Below the pieces are notes generated by a model that was not told the origin of the DNA, did no database searches, and saw only the letters and a program-made list of their open reading frames with translations. A stretch of 63,637 bases of DNA, filler included, from Octopus bimaculoides (Eukaryota): the NCBI RefSeq assembly GCF_001194135.2. It is 6 parts of 4 records of this genome, joined end to end, with 100 filler letters (N's around TTAATTAATTAA, not from the genome) between each part and the next. Parts side by side here need not be neighbours in the genome. Positions count along the whole stretch, not along the records: positions 1 to 14,056 come from NC_068981.1; positions 14,157 to 21,284 come from NC_068992.1; positions 21,385 to 41,551 come from NC_068981.1; 3 more parts are not named here. One strand, written 5' to 3'. Shown in pieces: positions 12,401 to 23,172 of the stretch (position 1 is its first letter; every line of letters begins with the position of its first letter). Both the position numbers and the translations under genes were made by a program.

Positions 12401-12774
12401 CAAGATTTAAACTGATTTTTAATGTATTATAGATAGATAATGTGTGTGTGTGTGTGTGTGGGTGTGTGTGTGTGTGTGTGTCTGTGTGTGTGTGTGTGTG
12501 TGTGTATTAATATATATATATATATTTAAGAATCAGATAGTGGATGTAGTCATGCCTTTAGGATTAAGTGATAAGAAGGATTCTCTGTCCATCTAAGATT
12601 ATTGCCTATACAATATTACTCATACTTTGTATCTTATTTTTCTTCTTGTTTTATATATTTTTTTCTAAAGGAATTTCCATGTATGGAATGAATCTTGGTT
12701 ACGTAGACCTGATCTTCCCTCTGGTTATGATGGTTGGCAGGCTCATGATGCTACACCACAAGAAAGTAGTGATG
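506..12774 (+). CDS. Transglutaminase (protein-glutamine gamma-glutamyltransferase, TGM1/F13A-like family), partial multi-exon gene covering the catalytic core; join(506..613,1072..1249,5975..6110,12671..12774)
   Basis: Four exons with canonical AG/GT boundaries splice in frame (phases 0,0,1,2,1). Product: [175 protein letters not shown](G). It carries the family motifs GQCWVF, NFHVW and DATPQE. Orthology to a specific vertebrate TGM cannot be assigned by eye. Confidence 0.96.
1072..1249 (+). CDS. Transglutaminase exon with catalytic Cys (YGQCWVFSG), 178 nt, phase 0/1
   Basis: Acceptor catatttttag|ACA, donor ACAT|gtgagt. Cys codon TGT at 1219-1221. NSNDDDG Ca2+-site motif and conserved Trp (EGMW) present. 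Confidence 0.97.
1322..2602 (-). mobile_element. Mariner (Tc1/mariner) DNA transposon, full-length but degenerate, in a TGase intron
   Basis: About 31-bp TIRs: tgagggttggctgaaaagcttataggctgac (1322-1352) and gtcagcttatgaacttttcagccaaccct (2572-2600); TA at 1320-1321. Minus-strand transposase remnant ...[18 protein letters not shown]...[15 protein letters not shown] (decayed YSPDLAP motif). Confidence 0.92.
4260..5700 (-). mobile_element. RTE-clade LINE 3' fragment (3'UTR with (GAT)n tail plus ORF C-terminus), spanning an N gap
   Basis: Minus [54 protein letters not shown] (RTE 'RLRWFGHV.RM' motif). Its 3' end catcatcatttaacatc...ttccatgctagcatggg is shared with the copy at 7035. Confidence 0.85.
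5975..6110 (+). CDS. Transglutaminase exon ([19 protein letters not shown]...DSIW), 136 nt, phase 1/2
   Basis: Acceptor tttcttttaaacag|TA, donor ATCTG|gtaagt. Matches 'LRCLGIP.R.VTNF.SAHD'. Confidence 0.96.
7035..9540 (-). mobile_element. RTE-clade LINE, 5'-truncated and degenerate (RT domain, Cys-rich region, 3'UTR)
   Basis: Minus-strand pieces [36 protein letters not shown] and [13 protein letters not shown] ends ...RQAK* near 7380, with a (GAT)n tail at 7035-7085. Confidence 0.93.
7915..8012 (+). repeat. Perfect 14-bp minisatellite (TTCCCCCAATGGAG)x7 inside the RTE
   Basis: Seven identical units counted from 7915 to 8012. Confidence 0.97.
10072..11245 (+). mobile_element. Mariner transposon with transposase pseudogene (ATG 10176 to TAA 11170); left end lost in N gap
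   Basis: [10 protein letters not shown]...[23 protein letters not shown] (HTH), WVPHEL, VTGD*KW, QDNARPH and PYSPDLA motifs with in-frame stops. Right TIR ...ggacagaacttatgggttgacctga followed by TA (11246-11247). Confidence 0.95.
11833..12111. mobile_element. Tc1/mariner-type MITE with its 85-bp core tandemly triplicated
   Basis: Starts TA-CAGGGTGTCCACAAAGTCTGG. Units at 11856-11940, 11941-12025 and 12026-12109. A single-core relative lies at 34488-34613. Confidence 0.85.
12671..12774 (+). CDS. Transglutaminase exon with catalytic His and Asp (NFHVWNE...[11 protein letters not shown]), 104 nt, phase 2/1
   Basis: Acceptor tttttttctaaag|G, donor GATG|gtaagg. His codon at 12678-12680, Asp codon at 12747-12749. 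Confidence 0.97.
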
Positions 12775-13144
12775 GTAAGGAATATTTCATTATTGGAAAT
12801 ATTTTTCTGAAATTTAGTGTCGTACACAAATATGCGTTTTAGTTGATGGACTTCAGTCATGCTTGGACACCATCTTGAAACGTTTTGCTCAAATGAATCG
12901 ACTCCACTATTGATTTTTTAAAGGCTGATACTTATTCTATCAACCTCTTTTGCTGGACTGTTAAATTACAAGGACATAAACAAAGACTGGTTGTCAGGTT
13001 GTGGTGGAGGACAAACATGAATATATATATATATATGTATCTATTTTTACTATAAGATGAATTCTAGCTCATGCTGAGCACTTCAACTCTAGCCCGTCTT
13101 TATATATTGTTATATTAACAATACATAATTATACAAAAAATTTG

Positions 13145-13186
<42 letters not shown>

Positions 13187-13814
13187 CAGGCTTCTTTCAG
13201 TTTCTGTCAAATCCACTCACAACACTTTGGTCAGCCTGAGGCTACAATAGAAAACACTCGCCATGCAGTGGGACTGAACCTGAAACCAGGTACATATTTA
13301 TTTCTTAGTTTGGCATAATTTGTAATGTAATCTAATATAAGGAATTTTTATTTTAATTTATATTATTATTTTTAAAATTAGGTTTTGAAATTTTTAATTT
13401 TTAAATTTTTAAATTTTAAAGTTTTTGAGGTTTGATTTAGGTTTATCTGATATTGTGAGATGGAAGGAATTTTCCTGCAGTTATTTTTCACTTATTTTTA
13501 TTTATTTATTTATATGGAAGGGAACTACTCTGTTTTACTTGAAGGAAGACATTGAAGGCATTTGTAAATAAAAGAATTTCTTCTTTTTTCATTTGAAATC
13601 ATATCATTAACTTTGAATTATTGTATTGATTACGTTTTTGTGGAAAATATATTAGTTTTAATTTTTTAATCTTTTAATTAGCTAACTCTATAATTCTTAG
13701 TAGGTAGTAGTTTATATTTTTCATTAACTTATTGGTACGTTGATTGTCTATTTCCTTTTTGTGCTGTATAGTCAGTAATTGCAAATGTCATTAACAAGTA
13801 TTTATATATTGTGA

Positions 13815-13980
13815 ATTGTCATTTGACTGCAGCCAGGCTGGAGCACTGCCTTTAGTCAAACAAATCGACCCCAAGACTTATTCTATCAGTCTTTTTTGCT
13901 GAACCACTAAATTACGGGGATGTAAAGACACCAACATCACAACATCAGTTATCAAGTGGTGGTGGGGAGACAAACACAGA
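13815..13980 (-). mobile_element. tRNA-derived SINE family A, 3' half, CpG-decayed. Other intronic fragments at about 2870-2950, 3460-3660, 12830-13015 and 13185-13287, all minus strand
   Basis: Aligns by eye to the full copies at 21903-22302 and 33217-33600. Confidence 0.85.
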
Positions 13981-13988
13981 CACACAAG

Positions 13989-14056
<68 letters not shown>

Positions 14057-14156
14057 NNNNNNNNNNNNNNNNNNNNNNNNNNNNNNNNNNNNNNNNNNNN
14101 TTAATTAATTAANNNNNNNNNNNNNNNNNNNNNNNNNNNNNNNNNNNNNNNNNNNN
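14057..14156. other. Artificial scaffold-join spacer (44 N + TTAATTAATTAA + 44 N); identical spacers at 21285-21384, 41552-41651, 59943-60042 and 62307-62406
   Basis: All five have exactly 44+12+44 = 100 positions. The 12-mer gives stops in all six frames. Confidence 0.95.
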
Positions 14157-15394
14157 TATATATATATATATATATATAAATATATAAATATATAAATATA
14201 TATATAAATATATATAAATATACATACACACTCACACACACACACATATATGTTTGTATGCTGTATGGTAAGTAACTTCAGGCAGACCAAAAATCTTGGA
14301 TTTGATAGACGGAAACTGAAATATATATCTATATCTATAAAAGGATCTGTATGTTAATGTGTGTGTTTATGTGTGTGTTAGTGTATGTGTTTTACGTGAA
14401 TATAATTTATGCACGTCCTGCCAATATATCTCAAATCCCTTATTTTCGTTCTGAAAAAAAACAGGGGGTGGAGCGAGAGGAGACCCATGATCCTGGAATC
14501 ATTGCGAATATGTTTTGCTTTCGTTGAATGAATTCCTGTGACCTCCTAATATGCTACAAAACCACTTTTGGGATCCGAAAAACAGAGTGGGGTGAGGTGG
14601 CAGCCTGGGAAATTTTANNNNNNNNNNNNNNNNNNNNNNNNNNNNNNNNNNNNNNNNNNNNNNNNNNNNNNNNNNNNNNNNNNNNNNNNNNNNNNNNNNN
14701 NNNNNNNNNNNNNNNNNNNNNNNNNNNNNNNNNNNNNNNNNNNNNNNNNNNNNNNNNNNNNNNNNNNNNNNNNNNNNNNNNNNNNNNNNNNNNNNNNNNN
14801 NNNNNNNNNNNNNNNNNNNNNNNNNNNNNNNNNNNNNNNNNNNNNNNNNNNNNNNNNNNNNNNNNNNNNNNNNNNNNNNNNNNNNNNNNNNNNNNNNNNN
14901 NNNNNNNNNNNNNNNNNNNNNNNNNNNNNNNNNNNNNNNNNNNNNNNNNNNNNNNNNNNNNNNNNNNNNNNNNNNNNNNNNNNNNNNNNNNNNNNNNNNN
15001 NNNNNNNNNNNNNNNNNNNNNNNNNNNNNNNNNNNNNNNNNNNNNNNNNNNNNNNNNNNNNNNNNNNNNNNNNNNNNNNNNNNNNNNNNNNNNNNNNNNN
15101 NNNNNNNNNNNNNNNNNNNNNNNNNNNNNNNNNNNNNNNNNNNNNNNNNNNNNNNNNNNNNNNNNNNNNNNNNNNNNNNNNNNNNNNNNNNNNNNNNNNN
15201 NNNNNNNNNNNNNNNNNNNNNNNNNNNNNNNNNNNNNNNNNNNNNNNNNNNNNNNNNNNNNNNNNNNNNNNNNNNNNNNNNNNNNNNNNNNNNNNNNNNN
15301 NNNNNNNNNNNNNNNNNNNNNNNNNNNNNNNNNNNNNNNNNNNNNNNNNNNNNNNNNNNNNNNNNNNNNNNNNNNNNTCCATTCAATCAGGATG

Positions 15395-15690
15395 TAAAAT
15401 CAATAAACCGATTCCTTATAGGATTTCCCACTAAAATTGGCTACACCCCATTTTCAACCATAACTTTTACCAATTCTGACATATTTTGTTCAAACTTAAT
15501 GCCGGCATTACTTAGGACGCGTAGGATCTTTGAATGCTTTAAGTTCTCCCCCACCCCCCGTAAAAAAAAACAATCGATGAATGGAAAAATCGATAAACCG
15601 ATTCCTTATCGGATTTCCCAATCAAATTGTCTGCAACCCATTTTCAGCCAAACCTTTAACAATTTCAACGGATTTCCGTCAAATTTGACG
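15395..15690. repeat. Diverged ~190-bp tandem duplication
   Basis: caataaaccgattccttataggatttccca...ccattttcaacc at 15401 versus cgataaaccgattccttatcggatttccca...ccattttcagcc at 15591. Confidence 0.7.
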
Positions 15691-17380
15691 TCGGTGTAAC
15701 TTAGTTTCGTTTGAAGCAAAGCGCTTGATTCACCTAATAATCCTAACTTAATCCCAGGCAACTCCGAGCTGTACTGCTAGTATATATATATGTATGTATG
15801 TGTGTGTGGTTGTGTATCTGTGTGTCCCCCCCCACCATCGCGTGACAACCGATGTTGGTGTGTTTATGTTCCCGTAACTTACCTGTTCGACAAAAGATCC
15901 GATAGAAAAAGTGCTAGGCATATAAAGAATAAGTCCTGGGGTCAATTTGTTCGACTAAAGGCAGGGCTCCAGTATGGTCGCAGTCAAATGACTGAAACTA
16001 ATAAAGAAATAAAAGAATATGTCTACTTTTCTATATGTATATACATATTATATTTATACATACATATATACATACATACATACATACATACATACGTGTG
16101 TGTGTGTGTGTGTGTGTGTATCAAAGTCACTCAGTAATATATTGATGTTGTTTTTACACGTGACTATATGTACTTAAATTACTATCCTGAAATCCATTTG
16201 CATCATATTCTTCTGACTCTTCTGGAATGAAGAGTATAATAAATATCATTTCTAGATCGCATATTTTCGTAGTTTTATCATTGTTTCTTCACACGCAATG
16301 GGAACACCTGTTTGATATGAGCCTGTGTAAGTTTTCATATAAGTTACTTATTTAACTGTTGCACTTAGTTTGAAATCTATTTTGAAATAAAAATTCAGCA
16401 CCGAAAACCGCTGCGTCAGCAGTGATATATAACTTACGTATTCCTCACCTGTCTTTGAATATTTTAACATGAAACATTTCTTTGCTGATGTAGAGAGTTT
16501 CATTAATATGTGAGTAATTTTTGTCTTGTTTTCTTCTTTCTGTTGTTGGTTTTTTGCCCTTACAGCTTTCTGATATATTCCTCTCGTCAGATCTTAGTTA
16601 CATATTTACAGTTTTAACGTTCATGAATCTTTGATGTCCAAACATTTTCCTATTTTTGTTTTTCATTTTTAACTCATGCTAAAAATTTAAACATCCACAA
16701 AATTTGTTTACAGACTTTTACGGGAAGACGTAATTTTATATTATTTTCACTTTCAAATGTCGATGTACATCTGAATACATAACCTATGTCTGCTTTTGCA
16801 TTGAAGAGAAAAAGCAGCCGCACCGTCAAAAAGATAAATGCATTTTGTAAACAATCCATATAATATGCATATACTTATGCACATAGATATCTTTGCCTAC
16901 ATATATATACATATATATAATTAATAATATCAGGGTAATAAGAAATATAAAAAAATTCTACTACCAGTGACCTAGCGTGTAAAAAAATTTAGTCAATAGA
17001 CCATATATTATTCATATAAATACAGTGTACATTTAAACACATAAGAGGTATCCGTCACAGGATTCTATGCACGCTAGAAGGAACAGCTAAACTACAAATG
17101 ACTATTTAGGGATAAACTTCGAATGAATGAAAAATAGGAACACTTACCATCTATCTCCTAGCCCACAGTTTCAGACTTTTTTAGCAAATANNNNNNNNNN
17201 NNNNNNNNNNNNNNNNNNNNNNNNNNNNNNNNNNNNNNNNNNNNNNNNNNNNNNNNNNNNNNNNNNNNNNNNNNNNNNNNNNNNNNNNNNNNNNNNNNNN
17301 NNNNNNNNNNNNNNNNNNNNNNNNNNNNNNNNNNNNNNNNNNNNNNNNNNNNNNNNNNNNNNNNNNNNNNNNNNNNNNNN

Positions 17381-17457
<77 letters not shown>

Positions 17458-17526
17458 TTAGATAAACTGGCAACATGACCATCCCCAAACACAACAATAT
17501 ATATATATGCATATATATTTGCATAT

Positions 17527-17982
17527 TTCTACTATAGGCACAAGGCCCGAAATTTTGGGGGAGGGGGGCAGCCGATTAGATCGACCTTAGAATGTAACTG
17601 GCATTTAATCTATCGACCCCGATAAGATGAAAGGCAAAGCCTATCTCGGTGGAGTTTGAACTCAAAACGTGAAAGACGGACGAAATACCACTAAGCATTT
17701 CGTCCGGCGCGCTAATGTTTCTGCCAGCTCACCGCCTTAGACTATTTTCTAAATATGTATTTCTTTATTGACCAAAGGGGCTAAACATACCGGAGACAAA
17801 CAAAGAGATTAAGTCGATTAGATCGAACCCAGTAAGCAACTGGTATTTAATTTATCGACAACGAATGGATGAAAAGCAATGTCGACCTCGGCGGAGTTTG
17901 AGCTCAAAACGGGAAAGACAGACGAAATACCGCTAAGCATTTCGCACGGCGTGCTAATGTTTCTACCAGCTCGCTGCCTTAG
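17527..17982 (-). mobile_element. Two tandem copies of tRNA-like SINE family B (17527-17740 and 17760-17982); a + strand head follows at 18292-18366
   Basis: Minus strand ggcggtgagctggcagaaacattagcgcgccggacgaaatgcttagtggtatttcgtc...gagttcaaactcc...ctttcatc...aaatttcgggccttgtgcctatagtagaaa. Confidence 0.88.
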
Positions 17983-18167
17983 GCAATTTTCAAAATATTG
18001 CTTCTTTAATATCTTAGAGTCTGCTTCTTTTCGGACATATGAATTGCTGGCCGATTATATGCATACATACATACAGATAAATATATATAAAGATGTGTGT
18101 GTGTGTGTGTTTATGTGTGCATTTATGTATACACAAACACACACACACACACACATACACACACACC

Positions 18168-18205
<38 letters not shown>

Positions 18206-18920
18206 CATATAAGTCTATATAAAAAGAAGTTGTTCTTTATTAGAGATATATTATCCAAGCGTACCCCAGTTTTGCACTAATATCGATCAGCGATGTAAGG
18301 CAGCAACCTGGCAGAAACGTTAGCACGCCGGGCGACATGCTTAACGGTGTTTCGTTTGTCTTTACGNNNNNNNNNNNNNNNNNNNNNNNNNNNNNNNNNN
18401 NNNNNNNNNNNNNNNNNNNNNNNNNNNNNNNNNNNNNNNNNNNNNNNNNNNNNNNNNNNNNNNNNNNNNNNNNNNNNNNNNNNNNNNNNNNNNNNNNNNN
18501 NNNNNNNNNNNNNNNNNNNNNNNNNNNNNNNNNNNNNNNNNNNNNNNNNNNNNNNNNNNNNNNNNNNNNNNNNNNNNNNNNNNNNNNNNNNNNNNNNNNN
18601 NNNNNNNNNNNNNNNNNNNNNNNNNNNNNNNNNNNNNNNNNNNNNNNNNNNNNNNNNNNNNNNNNNNNNNNNNNNNNNNNNNNNNNNNNNNNNNNNNNNN
18701 NNNNNNNNNNNNNNNNNNNNNNNNNNNNNNNNNNNNNNNNNNNNNNNNNNNNNNNNNNNNNNNNNNNNNNNNNNNNNNNNNNNNNNNNNNNNNNNNNNNN
18801 NNNNNNNNNNNNNNNNNNNNNNNNNNNNNNNNNNNNNNNNNNNNNNNNNNNNNNNNNNNNNNNNNNNNNNNNNNNNNNNNNNNNNNNNNNNNNNNNNNNN
18901 NNNNNNNNNNNNNNNNNNNN

Positions 18921-18952
<32 letters not shown>

Positions 18953-20068
18953 GCACATACACACACACGCACGCACACATATATGTATGATATTATTTCT
19001 TGCTAATAATTCTGTCGTTTATTTGATTTTAGAAAGATTTAAATCCATTCAGCTATCTAATGATAGCTGAAAGAACGAATAGCATGGTAGCTTCGGCTGC
19101 AGGTAGTAAGACTGTTACGCATGCAAGACTCCAGGCGCTCCAAGAAATCCTGTGATAAAGAGAAAATAACAACAACAACAACAATGGAAAAAGAAGAAAC
19201 ATCAAAAATTGTAAAACAACTGAAATCCAAGCTAAAACTGTAACAACAACGAATCTTGATAAAACGATGGCAATAGAAACCCCTTCATGGCATATATAGG
19301 GTTAAGCAAAAGAGAAAAGAAATAAACAAAGCAAAATCGCAACAATAGCTGAGAAGCTCAGGACTGTGAGAAAACACCAGTTTGCTCTGAATAACATCAT
19401 TGGATCGTGGAATAATGCGGCGTTACGAATCATCAGCAACTGGCACCAAATCAGTCGTTCATAACTCTCTACTAACGATTGTTCTTATGCATAAAAACAA
19501 CAAATAGTAGAACGTTTTTTCACACATTGTTTATAAGGAGAATTTGCTCCCGATGCTGTTTCCGTAGCGGCAGTTCTTTCCACGTCCGAGTGCTAAATTT
19601 ACTATAAGAAGTACTGTGCTTAGAAGACTATGAAAAATTGACCTGTTGTCTGTAGCTGATCAATCATAACGATAGAGAAACTCGTGTACTCAGCGATACG
19701 ATTGCATCGTTCATCATCCATCAATATGCTTACACACGTTGTTGATGAAGAGAATGTTCTCTCGAGACTATTTCCGCCACAAATGATTACCTCACGTTTG
19801 AATATACACGAACGTTTTAAATATGACGGCCCACGCGTATATTCTAACGCCTCGTTTTTTACCTCTACTTAAATAATTCTGGAAATTATCAATTATGTTG
19901 AGCTGATAACTTTGCTGAGGATGTAAACAAACACCGTAGCGTAATTCACTTTAGCTCATTCTTATATTCTCATTCTTTACTATTTTTGGCATTACCATTT
20001 AAATGTTATAATTTGATATGTATCTATACGAATATATATGTGTACACACACACACACACACGTACCCC

Positions 20069-20124
<56 letters not shown>

Positions 20125-21558
20125 NNNNNNNNNNNNNNNNNNNNNNNNNNNNNNNNNNNNNNNNNNNNNNNNNNNNNNNNNNNNNNNNNNNNNNNNNNNN
20201 NNNNNNNNNNNNNNNNNNNNNNNNNNNNNNNNNNNNNNNNNNNNNNNNNNNNNNNNNNNNNNNNNNNNNNNNNNNNNNNNNNNNNNNNNNNNNNNNNNNN
20301 NNNNNNNNNNNNNNNNNNNNNNNNNNNNNNNNNNNNNNNNNNNNNNNNNTTTTTTTTTTTTTTTTTTTTGTATGAGGAATTACATATATTTGTATTTAGA
20401 AATTACACATATTTTTTATTGGTTTTCTTCAGACACTTGCCTCCACCTATTAATTAATTGACGATGGGTGGATGGTTGGGGGGAATTAAAAATATCGTCC
20501 ATTCGATAATAATGGCTCTCAAATCTCATTGTACTCTAGAATATCCTGTATTCTTCTGTACAATAATGATAAGTTATGGATAATATATTTTTATTGATTC
20601 AATGAATTTCATCCATTTTCTTTCAATTATCGATTATATGAATACGCATAGAATTTATTTCTTATTGAATTATGCTGCAGATCAATAGGTCTTTAGAGTA
20701 AAAATTTGGACAGTGATTCGCAAGATGGCGAAGAGAAGTGTTAGTCAAATACAATGGCAAACTCTCATTTTCGCCATATGTTGATAAGACTGTTCTGGAT
20801 AACACGCATGCATTATCATAAACAACAATGTTCACGAGAGTATTTGAAAGGTTTTCAAAGATTCTGACCCAGTTATATTATATAGATATCGGGAAATGAA
20901 AACAAAGAGGGCGCTATTGTCATAATGATAAAGAATAATGTAGAATGTGAACATTTTGCATAAATATATAAATCATGCATTTATGAAAGTTTTTCTCAAT
21001 AATTCCTCTTGTAAAAATAGAAATGACAGCTGTCATATACATACGTCCACAAACACACACACACACACATATTGTATTGCACGTGCATCTATATATTATA
21101 TATATATACATAGGTGCAAGCGTGGTTACGTGATGAGAAGCTTGCATCCAAACCACATGGTGCAGGGTTCAGTCCCACTGCGTGGCTGCTTCTAAAGGTG
21201 TCCTCTACTATAGCCGTGAGTGGATTTAGTAGACGTAAAACTAGAAGCCCGCCCTATATATATGTATATATATATATATATATANNNNNNNNNNNNNNNN
21301 NNNNNNNNNNNNNNNNNNNNNNNNNNNNTTAATTAATTAANNNNNNNNNNNNNNNNNNNNNNNNNNNNNNNNNNNNNNNNNNNNTATATATATATATATA
21401 TATATAATTTTCTAACAGGAATAGAATTGACAGATGGCTTAGTTGGCCGAAACTTCGAAGTTACTGTCATAAGTATTCTTGTTAAATAATAATAAATTTG
21501 AGTAAAGCTTCAATTTAATGTAAAATTGTTTTCATTATAACATAAAAACAAACAAACA

Positions 21559-21598
<40 letters not shown>

Positions 21599-21902
21599 GT
21601 GTGTGTATTGGTAAGATAAGAGGTTAATACCGTTACTAGGGCTGGCTGGGAGAAAAATGAGAAGAAATAAGATAAATTCGAATAAAATAAGATAAGACAG
21701 GTTAAGATACATTGAGGTGAGGAGATGAAAGAACATAAAATAAATTAAAACACTATAGAAATATAATGGAGGTTAGCAGAGTGGAAGGAGGTCTAATGTT
21801 CTGTAATAAGTTGGGGAACATAATTTCTTTTTAAAAATATGACAGAGATAATAGCTTCCAATATCCGTGGATATAAAAATTTTTAAAGTGTCAAAGGTTT
21901 AC

Positions 21903-22302
21903 TCTTTTACTTGTTTCAGTGATTTGACTGTGGCCATTTTGGAGCACTGCCTTTAGTCGTGCAAATCGACCCCAGGACTTATTCTTTGTAAGCCTAGTAC
22001 TTATTCTATCGGTCTCTTTTGCCGAACCGCTGATTTACGGGGACGTAAACACACTAACATCGGTTGTCAAGCGATGGTGGGGAAACAAACACAGACACAA
22101 ACATATTCACTCACATACATACATATACATATATACGACGAGCTTCTTTCAGTTTCCGTTTACCAAATCCACTCACAAGGCTTTGATCGGACCGACACTT
22201 GCCCAAGTAGAAGACACTTGCCCAAGGTGCCACGCAGTGGGACTGAACCCGGAACCATGTGGTTGGTAAGCAAGCTACTTACCACACAGCCACTCCTACG
22301 CC
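21903..22302 (-). mobile_element. tRNA-derived SINE family A, full-length
   Basis: Head on minus strand ggcgtaggagtggctgtgtggtaagtagcttgcttaccaaccacatggttccgggttcagtcccactgcgtggca with pol III A/B-box-like elements. Internal (CA/TA)n tract; 3' end ...actgaaacaagtaaaaga. At least 12 related copies in the window. Confidence 0.92.
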
Positions 22303-22402
22303 TTTAATTTTAATTTTTTTTTAAACTTTGAAAGTCTAAGGTTTGTGGATATAGAAATAGGTAGACAACACATTCTATCTATCTATCTATCTATCTATCT
22401 AC

Positions 22403-22466
<64 letters not shown>

Positions 22467-22981
22467 GTGTCTGTCTATCTATACACACCACAGTTTGGTT
22501 TGTTAACACTGTTGAGAACTCGATGCAAATTAGCAGAGTAATCAATGCTTTAGTAAAATGAAGCCTGCAAATGATGAATTCGTTCTGAAACTATTTGCAA
22601 CCACACGAAAAATATTAGCCAAAAATATTACGTGCCACATTTGTATAAACGTGGAGACAAGTTGCAGCTTTCAGCCGCATAATTCCTTTTTATTGGTTAT
22701 GGCGCGGGACAGATTTAAAATAGATTTTAAAACTGTTTAATTTATTTTTTGCTTGTTCCCTTTTCACTATATCCTGATACTCACCGCTCCGCGAGGGTGA
22801 GAATTAAAGTGCACAGACCATGAAAAATTCATCTAGATATAATCCTTTGTTTTCACTTCTTTGTTAGGAAATCTTTGAATGAAGTGAAACAGGAGTACAC
22901 CTGTTGAAGTTAGTATTTTATATGTGTGTATATATCTATGTATATATATATATATCTATGAGTATGTAAGCATGTATGTAG

Positions 22982-23017
<36 letters not shown>

Positions 23018-23105
23018 ATATATATATATATATATGCATATATATACGTATGTATCTAGATATATGTATATGTGTAGCTATACATATATATCTATGTATT
23101 ATTTA

Positions 23106-23172
<67 letters not shown>

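Noticed and set aside
19800-19850. KYDGPRVY as the missing TGase 'KYD.PFVFAEVN' exon
   Set aside because: The upstream CGP motif and downstream AEVN are absent, and it lies beyond a spacer in CpG-retaining DNA.
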